Shown piece by piece: positions 49,201-60,345 of a stretch of 64,000 nt of DNA (position 1 is the stretch's first letter; every line of letters starts with the position of its first letter). The translations under genes were made by a program, and so were the position numbers. This DNA is from Cyanophora paradoxa CCMP329. Its lineage: Eukaryota > Plantae > Glaucophyta. The notes beneath the pieces were generated by a model. That model made no database searches. It was not told where the DNA came from and was given only the letters and a program-made list of their open reading frames with translations. Location: assembly GCA_004431415.1 (NCBI GenBank), contig QPMI01000168.1:1-64000 (forward strand). Direction: 5' to 3'.

Positions 49201-51900
49201 GCAGCTTGCGCGGGTCTGCAAACCGGGCCTGGCGCGCAGTAACGAATTCCTGGATCTGTCGCTGCTTCTCTGCGCGCGTCTCGTGTTGGTGGCGCCGGCG
49301 GACGCGGTTGCGCCATGCGTTCAGCGACCGGAAGTACAGCCGCCACGCTACGTAGCGCCCCGGGAACGGCGCCTCGTCGTCAGCGTCGCGTACGGGGCGG
49401 CGGGGCATGGGTTCGGGTCCGGGGACGAGCCCTTTGATGAGAGCCTCCAGTTTCTCGATCCGGGCGACCAGCGGGGCCGACGGCAAGCCTCCGGGCGCTT
49501 CAACAGTCCATCCAGCGATCAGGCGCTCCACTTTCTTGGACATGACCAGCTGCCACGGCACCGCTCTGCGAGTGGGCGGGCGCGATCCGCGGGCTTTCAA
49601 GCATTTGTGTTCCTTAGCGAGTGTCAGCACCGCCTCCGTGGCCTGTCGGTAGAGAGAGCTGACCCGGTCCCTGCGCTCTTGTTCCGTGCCCGCCGCGCCT
49701 AGCGCTTTCTCAAGATCGCTTTCCAGGGCTTGCAGACGGTCTTCTACAGCCTTTCGGAAGGCCGGCAGCTTCTCCTTCTCAAGTAGGTGCGGTGCGAAGA
49801 GCGGCGGCGGGTGCGCCGGGCGGGCATCGCCCGCGGGCGGTCTGGCGAGTTCGGCTTTGAGCAGATCGTAGTCGGCCATGACCGGGAAGTGGTCAGAGGG
49901 TGCGGTAGCGCCACCTCTGGCGGCAGCGGGTGCACCGCCAGGAGCGCTGGCGCGAGACCTGCAGAGTGCAACACCGCATCGATACGTCCTGCCGAGATGA
50001 CCGCGGCGCCTTCGCGACGGCGGGCCCGTCCATTTGCTGGTCCTGTTCCGAGTCCGAGTCGTCAGCGCCGTCGTCCCGCCATCCTCTTCGGCGCCGTGCT
50101 GGCTCGGGCCGCGCCTGATGAAGGTAACTTCGTGTTCGTGGCCTTTCTGTGTCGCCGCGTCAACTAGTGCCCAGGTGCCGGTCAGTTTTCCCCACCACTC
50201 GCGTTCCGGCGTCCAGGACTGGACGAACCGTCCCGCGCGGATGCGGGACGTGGCCGGCGTCTTCACGGAGTTCCAGTCGCCGAGAAGGATGAGGTGCGCG
50301 GTCGAGCGCGATCGGAAGTCCGCGTAGATGCGCTCGATGCATTCGAGGAGCGCCGCCTGATCGGTCTTGTGCTCAGGCTTCCGCTGGGTGGCCGGCATGT
50401 ATACGCTCACTACGAAGAGCTGGCGGTTTCCCTTAAAGCGCATTTCACAGCCGGCAAGCCGGCCCGGGTAGTGATAGTGGCGCGCGATGTGCCGCGCCCA
50501 GGGCGCCGCCACCCATAGCGCCGCTCCGTTTCCTTTCGGTTTTGTTTTCTTAATTGAGTGGATTAGGCGACCCGCGTGATCGAGCTCTTGGGGGCTCGCC
50601 GGGCTCCGCTGCCGGGGTGAAGAGCGCCGAGTGCAGTTCGGCGCGCGTGACTGAGAGCTCTTGGAGAGCCATCACGTCGACCCCCATTTCACGGCGAAGT
50701 CTTCGGCCTGCTGAAGCCGGCCCTCGGACGTGCCCCGCACGTTAAAGGTCATCATCCTGAGATTCCCCTCCGGCTTGTGGCGCATGAGCGATGGGGGCGG
50801 GCCTATGAGGGGGCTCCCTGAGGCGTAATGGGTGGTTGGGAAAAGGTCGCCAAACGAGATATGCCCCGGAGCGTTAGTGTTGACGTCTACAGCGGCAGAC
50901 ACGTTAGGGGGTCGGACAGCGTCTAGGGTTGGAGGATGTCTGTGCTCGGCGGGACGCGCGCAGCGGTCCGACTGATCAGCTAGTTGGTCACATCTGGCTG
51001 CCCAGAGATGCGCGTGCACGTGGTTCCAGGCGTGCGTGTGCCTAGCCGCCCCGGACCCGTCGCCTGTGCGCCGCATCGTCCAAGTCTCAAAAGTCTGCGG
51101 TCGGGAAGCCGTCAAATTACAGCTGACACGTACAGTAGCGGCCTCGCAGGAAAGGGGCGCTAAATGCGCGTCTGGGCGGGAAATGGGCGATGCGGCTTGC
51201 CCAGCCTCAGCGACTTGGCGCTTGGGGAGGAGGAGGAGGCGGGTCTGAGAGCGGGTCGGTAGAGAGCGGGTCGGCAGCGGGTGTATGGCGAGGCGTGGCC
51301 AGGGAGGCCAGACGTAGCTCGGCAAGGAGATTGATTCAAGAGGGCGGTCCAGGGTGTGCGTGAGACGCGGTAACTGCTTGCAGTTACATCACCCAGGGAC
51401 TCCCGGGCGATGTTGCCGCGTTGGCGGGGCGGTTTGGAGAGAGTGGCCGGCATACCTACGCAGACATCGCGGCGGACGCTACCTAGGCTGTCGCGGCCTC
51501 TACTCTCGCACTGGTGATCGCGCACGCAGCGCTACGCTGCGAGCTAGGCGGGTTGGCAGGCGCCTTCCTGTTTTTTCCCGTCCGACGGTCGGACATGTAC
51601 AGGCCCGGAGGCTGGCGCCGCGGCGGCGACGTTCAACGGTTCGACGTTAACGCCGAGTAAGTGCGAGAGTGACCCTTTTCTGCTGTCAGATAAGCATAAA
51701 ATGAGTTTACAGGCTGGAGGTACTGTTTAAAACCTTGAACCGCTGCCGCTTCCGCCTTCAGCGCGAGGGGCTCCAGCAAGAAGTTTTGTATGGGAGCCTG
51801 AAGTTCACGTGAAGTTTCAGCAGGCCTGGTGAAACTGAAACTGAAACTTCACTGAAGTAGTAAAGTTTACGCGATGTGAAACTTCACCACGGCAACCCTC
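43212..51900. mobile_element. hAT-type non-autonomous DNA transposon (~0.6 kb of arms) containing a LINE
   Basis: TIRs TAGGGTTGCCG / CGGCAACCCTC, 8-bp TSD TCAGGGGC (43204-43211, 51901-51908), subterminal GTGAAAC/GTGAAGTT repeats at both ends. Confidence 0.9.
43600..51660 (-). mobile_element. Non-LTR retrotransposon (LINE) encoding AP endonuclease, reverse transcriptase and RNase H; several frameshifts; ends approximate
   Basis: APE: MTFNVRG, ALQE, VSVYMP, LLGDWNS, SDHFPV. RT: LRPITLQE, YGFR, LLQDIRRAYDSVSW, GLPQGGIESPL, AYADDT, FKLLGVYL. RNase H: WTDGS, NKAELQA, HVDN, VKVKAH..HNDIAD. Coding frame runs to ~43771. Confidence 0.95.
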
Positions 51901-51994
51901 TCAGGGGCCGAGTTCTCATCATCATGGCATCCCCTGGCATCCGATCGATTCCGATGATCCGATGATCAGCCTGCCAGGCTGGCAGGCCTGAGGG

Positions 51995-52640
51995 CAGGGA
52001 TGTTATTGGGGGTCCCCCGAGGGTCCAAAAATTATGGCGATAATTTTTGCCTTGTATGTATAATTTATGGGTACGACCTCCCGGATTCCCGGGTTCGGTT
52101 CCTGCTGTTTCCGCTACGTTGTACTTCGAATCCCTGTGATTCCCGATACCGTGACTTGTATCCTCGTTGTGTACTACGAGTGGGCACGCCCACCGTAGAT
52201 CTTTAAAAAAAAAAATGTATAATTTATGGAAAATTATGGGAAAAATTATGCCACACAAAGCGGAAAAGTTTCGTCGCTCAGCCTTGTTTCGTTGCTCAGA
52301 AGCATTATATACATGTTAGAGTGCTTTATTGACTCTCAGAGATATGTCCTGGGCCGCTAATGACGCTCTGGAGCAAGGATGGCTGGGTGACAGATGGGGG
52401 TAGGGGCTCTTAGAGGGGGGAAGAGGCGCCGACGCACCTCGCATTCAGCACCCGCAAAGCAGCCTTATTTGCTTTCAATACACTGTAGATCTATCTTATA
52501 ACGTTTAAAGGCGCCAGGGGGGTGTCCTCTAAAAATTTTCTATAAATTATGGATGGCCGAAACGGGGGGCAAAAATTATCCCATAATTTTTCGAAAAATT
52601 ATGGAATACTTTTTCCATAATTTATGGGCGGCGAACCCTG
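51995..52640. mobile_element. hAT-type MITE, 646 bp
   Basis: CAGGG...CCCTG termini, 8-bp TSD CCTGAGGG (51987-51994, 52641-52648), subterminal AAAATTATGG repeats. Confidence 0.88.
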
Positions 52641-52990
52641 CCTGAGGGGTCGGCCGCGGGCCCGCTGCCGACTTCAAGATCAGAGCCTGCAGCCGCTGAC
52701 TCGGCGCTGAGCTGGCGTCGGGCCGTCGACGGCAGGGCCGGGCAGGCCCGCAGGCTAGCCTAGCTATAGTAGCTAGCTGGCGAACTTCGGAAGATTTAAA
52801 TTGGGGGGCCAATTGCACTGCGGCAATTTGCAAACATCTCTCGCGGCTAGTAGCACCCTGGTTTAGGTACTCAGTACGCAAGAGGGGATACTAGTCCAAC
52901 GTTTTTAATTTTTCAACGGAGCGTCGGATCCGGATCCGGATCCGGACTCCGGAGTACGGACAGTCCGACTCGGATTCGACCGGGACAGTG

Positions 52991-53098
52991 CACTGTAGTG
53001 GACCAAACAATTCCGTGGACCATCAAATTTTTTTGGTCCGCGTTTTTGATCCATCTTCGAGTAAATGCGTAGCCCGACACAAAGAGGGGGATTGTGTG
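52991..53098 (+). mobile_element. CACTG-starting transposon terminus (CACTA/CMC-like); second copy inverted at 8101-8202
   Basis: ~100 bp near-identical between the two sites, with internal TGGACC/GGTCC repeats; homology stops at the CACTG end. Confidence 0.6.
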
Positions 53099-53177
53099 AC
53101 GGGAGGGCGAGCCCTGCACGGGTAGCAGCGCATAGAACCGCGTGGGGCAGCGCACCCATTTGCATGCCGAACCAGCT

Positions 53178-54560
53178 GGGGGAGCGGGGGGCGCACAGGA
53201 ACGGATCCGAAGTCGGGTCATCCACGAACGCGACGGCCCTGAGGCTTCGGCCGGCGGGGCCGTAGGCGAGCGGAACCAGCACAGCGATACGCGTTTGTAT
53301 GGCGCCATAGACATGGAAGGTTAATTCTTGGCGATCGCGGAACTTAGATTTACCATATCTTGGCGATCGCGTATAGCCAGTATTAACTTAATAGCTAATG
53401 GAAACTCAAAAGTTTTCTCGCCTTTTTTTCAACTTGACCGTTGTGCCAGCTGCAAACTAGACCGGCCGGGAAGCGTTGCGACAAAGGAAATCGAAAACTG
53501 ACAGTCCAAATGCGCCGCCAGCGCGCCGTTGTGCTCATCTAGCATCTATCTACCTTAGTTTTGTAGGCGGGGTCGCTTTTTTGTAGATCCAGGGACCCGG
53601 TTTGCGCCCGTTGCGCCGCGGCGAAGTCCAACCTAGGCGAGGAACCGGGGTACGCAAAATTGTCAAGTCCAAGTTCCGAGCTTACCAATTACGTGTAGAC
53701 GTAACAAACTTACCGCTTTTACACAGAGTTTTAACCACCAAGCGTTAATTCTTCCAAGTCTATGGGCCCATACAAACGCGTACCGCTGTGCAGGCCGGCG
53801 GCGGCGTCGATCGGTCGGGCCCGAGCCGCCTGCAGCCGGCGGGGGCCACGCGACAGCCAGCCGCTCGAGGTGCGCCAGGGGCGCCTGGGCGGCCAGCGCC
53901 GCGGCCTCGCTCGGGCCCAGGGCGAGGGAGCGGGGAGCGCATGGTTGTAAGGGCCTCCAGGCGGCTGGCGGGCGCCCCCCCCGGCGGCCGAATTCCGAAG
54001 CGACCAATGATGATGCTCTCCAGACCGGTTAAGCTTGCCGACGATGAGCCGGGCCGGCGATGGCTGCGAGCTCGAGGAGCGCTAGCTTAAGCTTGCACAC
54101 GTGCACGCGAACCGGGCGCAATTTGGAGGCGTTGGCGGTGGAGAGGCCTATAGCTAGCTATAGGCCTAGGTCCGGATCCACCCGAAGCGCGACAGCGAAG
54201 CCGCAGCTTATCTCAACGTCGGCCCAATCCATGCCCCCCACAACCCGCCGCCATCGCTTGTGATCGATATCCACCGCGTAGTTAGCTACGCGTTCGAGCT
54301 CGATCGGCAATTTGCAAGATCTTCATGGCAGGCGGCGCGAACCTGCACACGCCGCGCGAACCTGCACAAGCCGGCGAACCTGCACACGCCGCGCGAACCT
54401 GCACACGCCGCGCAGAGGCCAGCTTGCCCGCAGACCAAGCGAACGCGCCCGCGACGTGCGGAGGCGCTGCGTTTGCAGCTGCAGCTGTACACAACTGCGC
54501 AGCGGCGGCTCTTCGACGCAAGCTCGCTTCTCCGCACGCTCCGGAGCCAGACATCCTGCC
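53178..54560 (-). pseudogene. Fragmented F-box/LRR paralog, interrupted by a MITE
   Basis: LVPLAYGPAGRSLRAVAFVDDPTSDPFLCAPRS and LALGPSEAAALAA..LERLAVAWPPPAAGGS match 62760-62995; RGVCRF motif repeated ~4x at 54335-54415. Confidence 0.85.
53280..53790. mobile_element. MITE, 511 bp, with ~45-bp imperfect TIRs starting CACAGCG and 3-bp TSD (CMC/Chapaev-like)
   Basis: CAG[CACAGCGATACGCGTTTGTATGG...CCATACAAACGCGTACCGCTGTG]CAG. Removing it restores continuous F-box/LRR coding sequence. Confidence 0.92.
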
Positions 54561-54729
54561 CCCGGGTACTACGGCGGGTTCAACCGGGTTGGCACTTAGG
54601 GGTACGATTGAACGGACAATTCAAACCGAGCATTCGGCCCCTGCTGCGCCAGACACTCGTACACAAGCGCAACGGGCGCTGGTACACTAGCACTGAGCTA
54701 TACCACGCCGCGATCATACCGCCGACAGC

Positions 54730-57700
54730 ATGCTCGACGCACTCGCTTCGCGCGTTCCGCTGGCGATGCCGGGTGCCGGCGCGCCGCGCAAGTACTCGGT
54801 GAGCTCGAGCAATTCTAGTGAAGAGCCGGAATGGTCCGACTCTCAGCCTGCTGAGCCCGAGGAGCTGCGCCGCATCAAAGAGTTGGAGGACGACGTCCAG
54901 GACGATCGGGACGCCGTCTTTGCGCAGCAGACGTCGGCGAGGATCGCTTCGAAGGGATCTGAGACGCAGCTGGTTCGCCCGCCGATCGCAGCCCGCCCGG
55001 TCCCCGATCCCCGTTTTGAATTTGCGCGCGCCGTCGACGTCGACGTCGTCAGGCCTGGGGGCGCGCCTTCCTGGAGTACGGCAACGCGTTCCGCGACGAG
55101 GGGATCGCCATTCTTTGCCGGGCACGTCTTCAGCCTGCTCCGTCGCCTCGTCCGCTCACGCCCCGCCGCAGCTCATCGGCCGCGCCAACTCGCCTGACTG
55201 CGTCAAGGCGGTCAAGCGGCTCACGGAGCTCCTGCAGGAGATCCAGTCCGACTGCGAGATGGACATCGCCATGAACGGAGTCGACGAGGTCGATGACGAG
55301 GACTTCCCCCCCGTGCGCTCCCGCCGAGGCCCGCCGCCGGGCCGCCGGCCCGCCCGTCCGACGCGCGCCCCCCGCGGCCCGCGCAGGCGCTCTCGGGCCC
55401 CGCTCTCTTCGAGAGCCTCGCATCGGCGCTGGCGAAGGGCTCTCCAAAGGTAGTACCCCCGTGCTCCGAACCTGGACCGCGATCGCGCCCTGCTTCGCGC
55501 CGCCGCCGACGCGACGCCGCGCCCAGATCCGGCTCCTCGTGCTGGGGCTCGCCAGCCAGATCTCTCTGCTCGTCCCGGGCTTCGTGCTCTCCGAGGAGCT
55601 GTACGGCAGCGGTCTGCTGGACCTTCTCATCGCCGAGGCCGGCGTCAGCGCCGCGCGCGTCAGCTGCCAGCTCGCCGCCGGTGCGGCGCGGCGCCGCGCT
55701 TCTCGGATCCACCGCCCGCCTCACGCGCGGGGCTCGCAGCGGGCCCCCGCGAGCGGAAGGCGCTCTGGCCCGCCTCAGCGACGAACGAGCGCCTGAAGGC
55801 CTACGCCCCGCGGTGCGCCCCCGACGCCGCCGACCGCGCCTCGCCGCGGGCCGCTCCGCTGAGGGCGCGGGCCCGGGGCGGCAGGCTCGCCGCGATGATC
55901 CGGGAGCACGCGCTCTCGACGATCTCGCAGATCTGCCTCGCGGCCGCCCCCTGCGCCGCCCGCCGGGCCCGCCTCGCCCGCCACCGGGGCCTCCTCGCCG
56001 CCCTCCTCGGAGCCCTCGAGGCGCCCGCGCCGGCCCTGTACCCGAGGACCAGTCCGGCCTCCGCGCGGCGGAGAGCCTCAAGGCCCTCCTGGCCGGCCCC
56101 GTACCCGCCCCCGCGGCGGCCCCGGAGCTGTCCGAGGCCCCGCCGGCCGCCGGCCGCCTGCTGTGGGCGCTGGAGGAGGGGTCGGGGCCCGCCGCGTGGG
56201 CCGCCGCCGAGTGCCGCCGGGCCTTCCTCGAGTGCCGTACCCCCTCTGGCAAGGACCCCATCGACGCCCTCGTGCTCGCCATGTCCAGGTACCCCCCGAA
56301 AAGCGACGCGCGAGTACGCCCCGCCGACCCGACCCGCCCCGGCAGCATCTTCGGGGAAAGCTGGGAGTCCCGCATGGCGAACGTCGGGCCCGCGCGCCGG
56401 TGCGCCCCGGCCCCTCCCCCCGCCTCCAGAGCCGGGGCCCGACGCCTCACCCCGAGCGCAGGTGCTGCCTCTCGCAGGCGGACGGACCCGACGAGATCGC
56501 CCTCGAGCAGGCCGTCGAGGCCCGCGGCCTCGTGCGCCGTCCTTGTCCTCCTTGGCCTCCTCAGCCTTCTTGGCTTTGCTTAGCTTCCCCCCCCCTCTCT
56601 CTCTCTTCCCCCCCCCCCCCCCGCCTCCTTCCCCCTCCCCCTCTCTGTCCTTAGCTTCCCGCGCCCTTCTTTCCTCTCCCGTGCCTCCAGTCGTAGCTTC
56701 TTCTGCCTCTTAGCCCTCTTAGCTTTGTTCCGCTTAGCTCCCCTGGCCCTCCCCGACGGACCGGGCGCGGGCTCGCAGGAGCTTGCGGAGCTCGGCGGCT
56801 GCCTCCTGCACCTCTCCGCCGACCCCGAGGCCGCCCGCGCCCTCCTCCCCCACGCCCCGGCCCTCCGCCACGTGCGCCGTACCCCCCTCCCCCAATTTCG
56901 TACCCCCCACCCCCCCGAGCTCGAATCGAAACCGTACCCCCCGTCAACGCCTGAGAGCCGCCGGGCCGGGCCAGGTGCTGGACGAGTGCCACGGGGAGAT
57001 GCAGGATCCGCGCCTCGCCTTCGACAGGGGCGGCGTACCCCCCTACGCCTGGAAGGTGCCCGGGGGCGGGCGGGCGCCCGCGGCGCCCGCGGCCCTCTCT
57101 CACGCCCCACCCCGCAGAACCCGCTGAAGAACGCGGGGAAGCCGGCCGTTACCTGCTTCTGCGAGAGCCTCCTCCACGGTACCCCCCCCCCGGCTCCCCC
57201 TACCCCCCCTCCCCCGGCCCTGGGCGAGCGGGCGGGCGGGCGGCAGCGATGCTGGCGCTCCACGCGCGCCTGGAGTCCCTGTACCCCTCCGAGTGCCCCA
57301 AGCTGGACCGCCGCTGGGGCAACCTCGCCGGCCGCCAGGCCGAGAACGTCAAGGCAGGCCCCAGCACCCCGCCCCCCCACGCTCGCTGAGGCCCCTCCCG
57401 TGTGTAGGAGGAGGCCAACCGCAAGTTCAAGAAGGGCGAGCATACGGTCCGAAACCCTGTACCCCCACCGCTTCCCTTCCCCCCGCTGAGCCCCTCTCGG
57501 ACGGCAGGTGGCGGCGCTGCTGTACGGGACGGCAATCGCCTTCTGCCCGTCGGATCGGCGCGAGACGCTGGCCGCCCTCTACGGCAACCGCGCCCAGTGC
57601 CTCCTCAACCTCGGCGGTGCGCGCCGGGAGCGGGCCGGCGGAGCTGCTCAGATCTGATCTGATCTGAGCGCGGGGCGGGCAGGGCGTGCGAGGCTGGAGG

Positions 57701-57825
57701 ACGCGGGGCGGGACGCGGCGGCCTCGCTGGGGCACGCGGAGGCCTGCGGGGACCGCGCCCTTGCCGCCAAGGCCCGCCAGCGCCTCGCCGCCGCCCGCGA
57801 GGCCCTCGCCGCCCTTGAGGCCTGA
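54730..57825 (+). CDS. Multi-exon helical-repeat protein with C-terminal TPR domain
   Basis: Terminal exons AENVK|EEANRKFKKGEH|VAALLYG.AIAFCPSDRRETLAALYGNRAQCLLNLG|..DAGRDAAASL..KARQRLAAAREAL fit the TPR consensus; stop TGA 57823-57825. Confidence 0.8.
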
Positions 57826-58052
57826 TCATGAGCCCGGCCCGAGCCGCCGGCCGCACGCCGGCGCCGCGCGTGCTCCTCCTGGGCCCGCGCGCACTGTACA
57901 GCTTCAGGTGTAAATATGCTGTTGACGTCTCTGTTTCTGATTAAAATTCACCGGTAGAGGTTGGTACATACAGAGCCAATCAATTCACTTGTCATCTCAA
58001 ACTCGCAGTTTGATGCTGGAGCTCATGGCAAGCTCTAGCCGGCTCTCGAGTC

Positions 58053-59725
58053 TCAAGGGTGCAGCCTGCGGAGCCAGACGTCCTCGTGAGGGGGCCAGCC
58101 CCCCTCGAAGGGGGCCGCCCCCGCGTCCTCCGCCGGCCGCCCCATGTACTCCTCCGGCTGCGGCGCGCATGTACTCCTCAGTGAGGGAAGAAACGCGAAC
58201 AACGTTAACACAGCGCGGGAGGGCGCCGGCGCACGATGGAGTAGGTGGCGTAGCGGTGCACCTCCCGGGCCCGCCGCAGCCACGCGAGCTTCTCGCCCTC
58301 CTGCGCCGCCTAGCCTCAGAGGGGATGACCCGCCGATCGCGAGCAGCGCTCGAAGGCGCGCGCGCCTGCGCGTCGCGCTTGAGCTCGACGAGGACGTGGG
58401 CGACGCGGCGGGCGGCGAGCAGCCCCTCCGCCCCGCGCAGCGCTTCCAGCTCGTGGCCCTCTACCCCCCCCCCGCGTCACTTCAGCTCTCGTGATCAGCG
58501 GCTCTCAAAGAGAAATTAAAGGACCGATGTCGATCTTGAGGAGGAGGATGTCGCGCGTCTCGTTCTTGAAGTGGTCGTCAAGCGACGTCTGCGGCCGCCT
58601 CGGCCGAGTCTTGGGGGGGGGGGGGGGGGGGTACAGCGGACCGACGCGAGGGTGGCGAGGGCGGGGCGGCCGCCGGCGCCGGCGTCGAGCACCTGCGCCG
58701 AGCCGCTGTTCGGGTGCCGCTGCAGCGCCAACCGCCGCCCCGAGCGGGACGTCACTGCGCATCATCGATACCACGTAGGAAGCTTTTTGAAGGAAAGGCG
58801 GAGCAGGAGGCGGAACCGGCGAGGCGGTGGAGGGTGACGCGGCGCTCGAAGCCGTTCGCGGCCGCCGTGAGCGCGAAGAAGGGGTGCAGTGCGTGCTGCG
58901 GGGGCCCGGGGTCAGATCAGAGGTGCCGAAGGAAGCGGGCGAGGGTACCGGCGGCGCGCCTGCGGCTCAAAGGCCTGCACCTCGCAGCCGAGGGAGGCGG
59001 CAAGAGCGCTGAAGTAGCCCAGGTTCGCCCCGACGTCTGCCGCCCCGGGCCCCGCGTCAAGGAGGAGGAAGGGACCGGAAAGGACGGGAGGGGCGCGCCG
59101 ACGACGAGGGGCCGAGCGGAGGGCGGAGCGGCGCCGCAGGGGCCCGCTGCGAGTTGCTTGAAGAGGGCCGACATGCGGGGCGCGTCTGGCCGCGCGTCAG
59201 CGACGGCCGCGGGAACGGAGATCGATATCGAGGGCGAGGGTTTCAGGCGCACAGAGGCTGGTCATGACGATGCTTCGGGAGTTGATGTAAAGGTCGGTAG
59301 AATCGACGGCGAAGATGAACGACGGATCCGTGATGGTCTGAGAGCCTCGATCAGCGGGGCCGGGCCGGCCGGGGACGAAGGCCTAGGCCTAGGCCGGCGC
59401 CCGGGGGCGTGCGCGGCGTATCCTCTCGATCAGCCGCGGGCCGCATGCGCACCCGCGCGAAGAAGACGGAGAGATTCGCCGGCACGCTCGCGAAGGCGCG
59501 CGCGACCGCCGTCGGCTGGTCGGCCGCGGCCGGGGCCGCGGGCGGCGGGAACGACGGCGCCGGCGCCGTCGACGGCCGCGACGCGAGGGCGACCAGCACG
59601 GCGACCGCCGTCACGAGCCAGGCCGATCGCGAGCTGAACGCGAACAGGAGCCGCGGCCGGTCATGATCAGGGACTTCCGACGCGCCCGATGGCGGGGGCG
59701 CCTGGCCGCGCCGGCCGCGGCTCAT
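58053..59725 (-). CDS. FkbM-family SAM-dependent methyltransferase with N-terminal membrane anchor, multi-exon
   Basis: DVGANLGYFSALAASLGCEVQAFEPQ, SLDDHF..DILLLKIDI and VEGHELEALRGAEGLL..VLVE; hydrophobic AWLVTAVAVLVALA near the N-terminus. Confidence 0.88.
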
Positions 59726-59984
59726 GCTTGCCCGATCACCGCTATATAGCTAGCTGGCGCGCGCGCGCCAAGTGCACGCAGAGCTGCTCAAATGGCCATA
59801 TGCATAGAATCCAGGAAACTGTACATGCACGGCTCGTTCGCACGTCCGCGCGGCGCCTGCGGTCCTGGTCTGTGCTCAATCTACTCGCTTTATCGATCGG
59901 CTCAGCGTTTGTGCGCGTAGGGGTGGCGCTGGGCCGAGGTCGACTTCCACCGGTACCCCCCCTCCCCAGCAGCCTGGCAGCAGG

Positions 59985-60295
59985 GCTGCTCAGATCTGAT
60001 CTGATCTGAGCGCGTGCAGGGCGGGCGAGGCTGATCATGAATTCGAGGGACGCGGGGCGGGACGCGGCGGCCTCGCTGGGGCATGCGCACGCCGCCGGGC
60101 CGAGGCCTGCGGGGCCCCCCGGGGATCCGGACCACGCCCTCGCCGCCAAGGCCCGCCAGCGCCTCGCCGCCGCCCGCGAGGCCCTCGCCGCCCTCGAGGC
60201 CTGAGCCCGCGCGCCCCGAGCCGCCCGGCGCCCGCCGCGCGTGCTCCTCCTGGGCCCGCGCGCACTGTACAGCTTCAGGTGGAAATATGCTGTAA
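59985..60295 (+). repeat. Diverged direct copy of the TPR gene last exon and 3' UTR (57642-57922)
   Basis: GCTGCTCAGATCTGATCTGATCTGAGCGCG...GCGCACTGTACAGCTTCAGGTG.AAATATGCTGT shared. Confidence 0.9.
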
Positions 60296-60345
60296 GCTAC
60301 GAACTGGTTAACTCTTCCTGATTAACGAGGGTCGGATTCGGAGGG

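Noticed and set aside
8101-53098. One 45-kb transposon bounded by the inverted ~100-bp repeats
   Set aside because: The termini face outward, with element bodies left of 8203 and right of 52991, so they do not enclose the interval.
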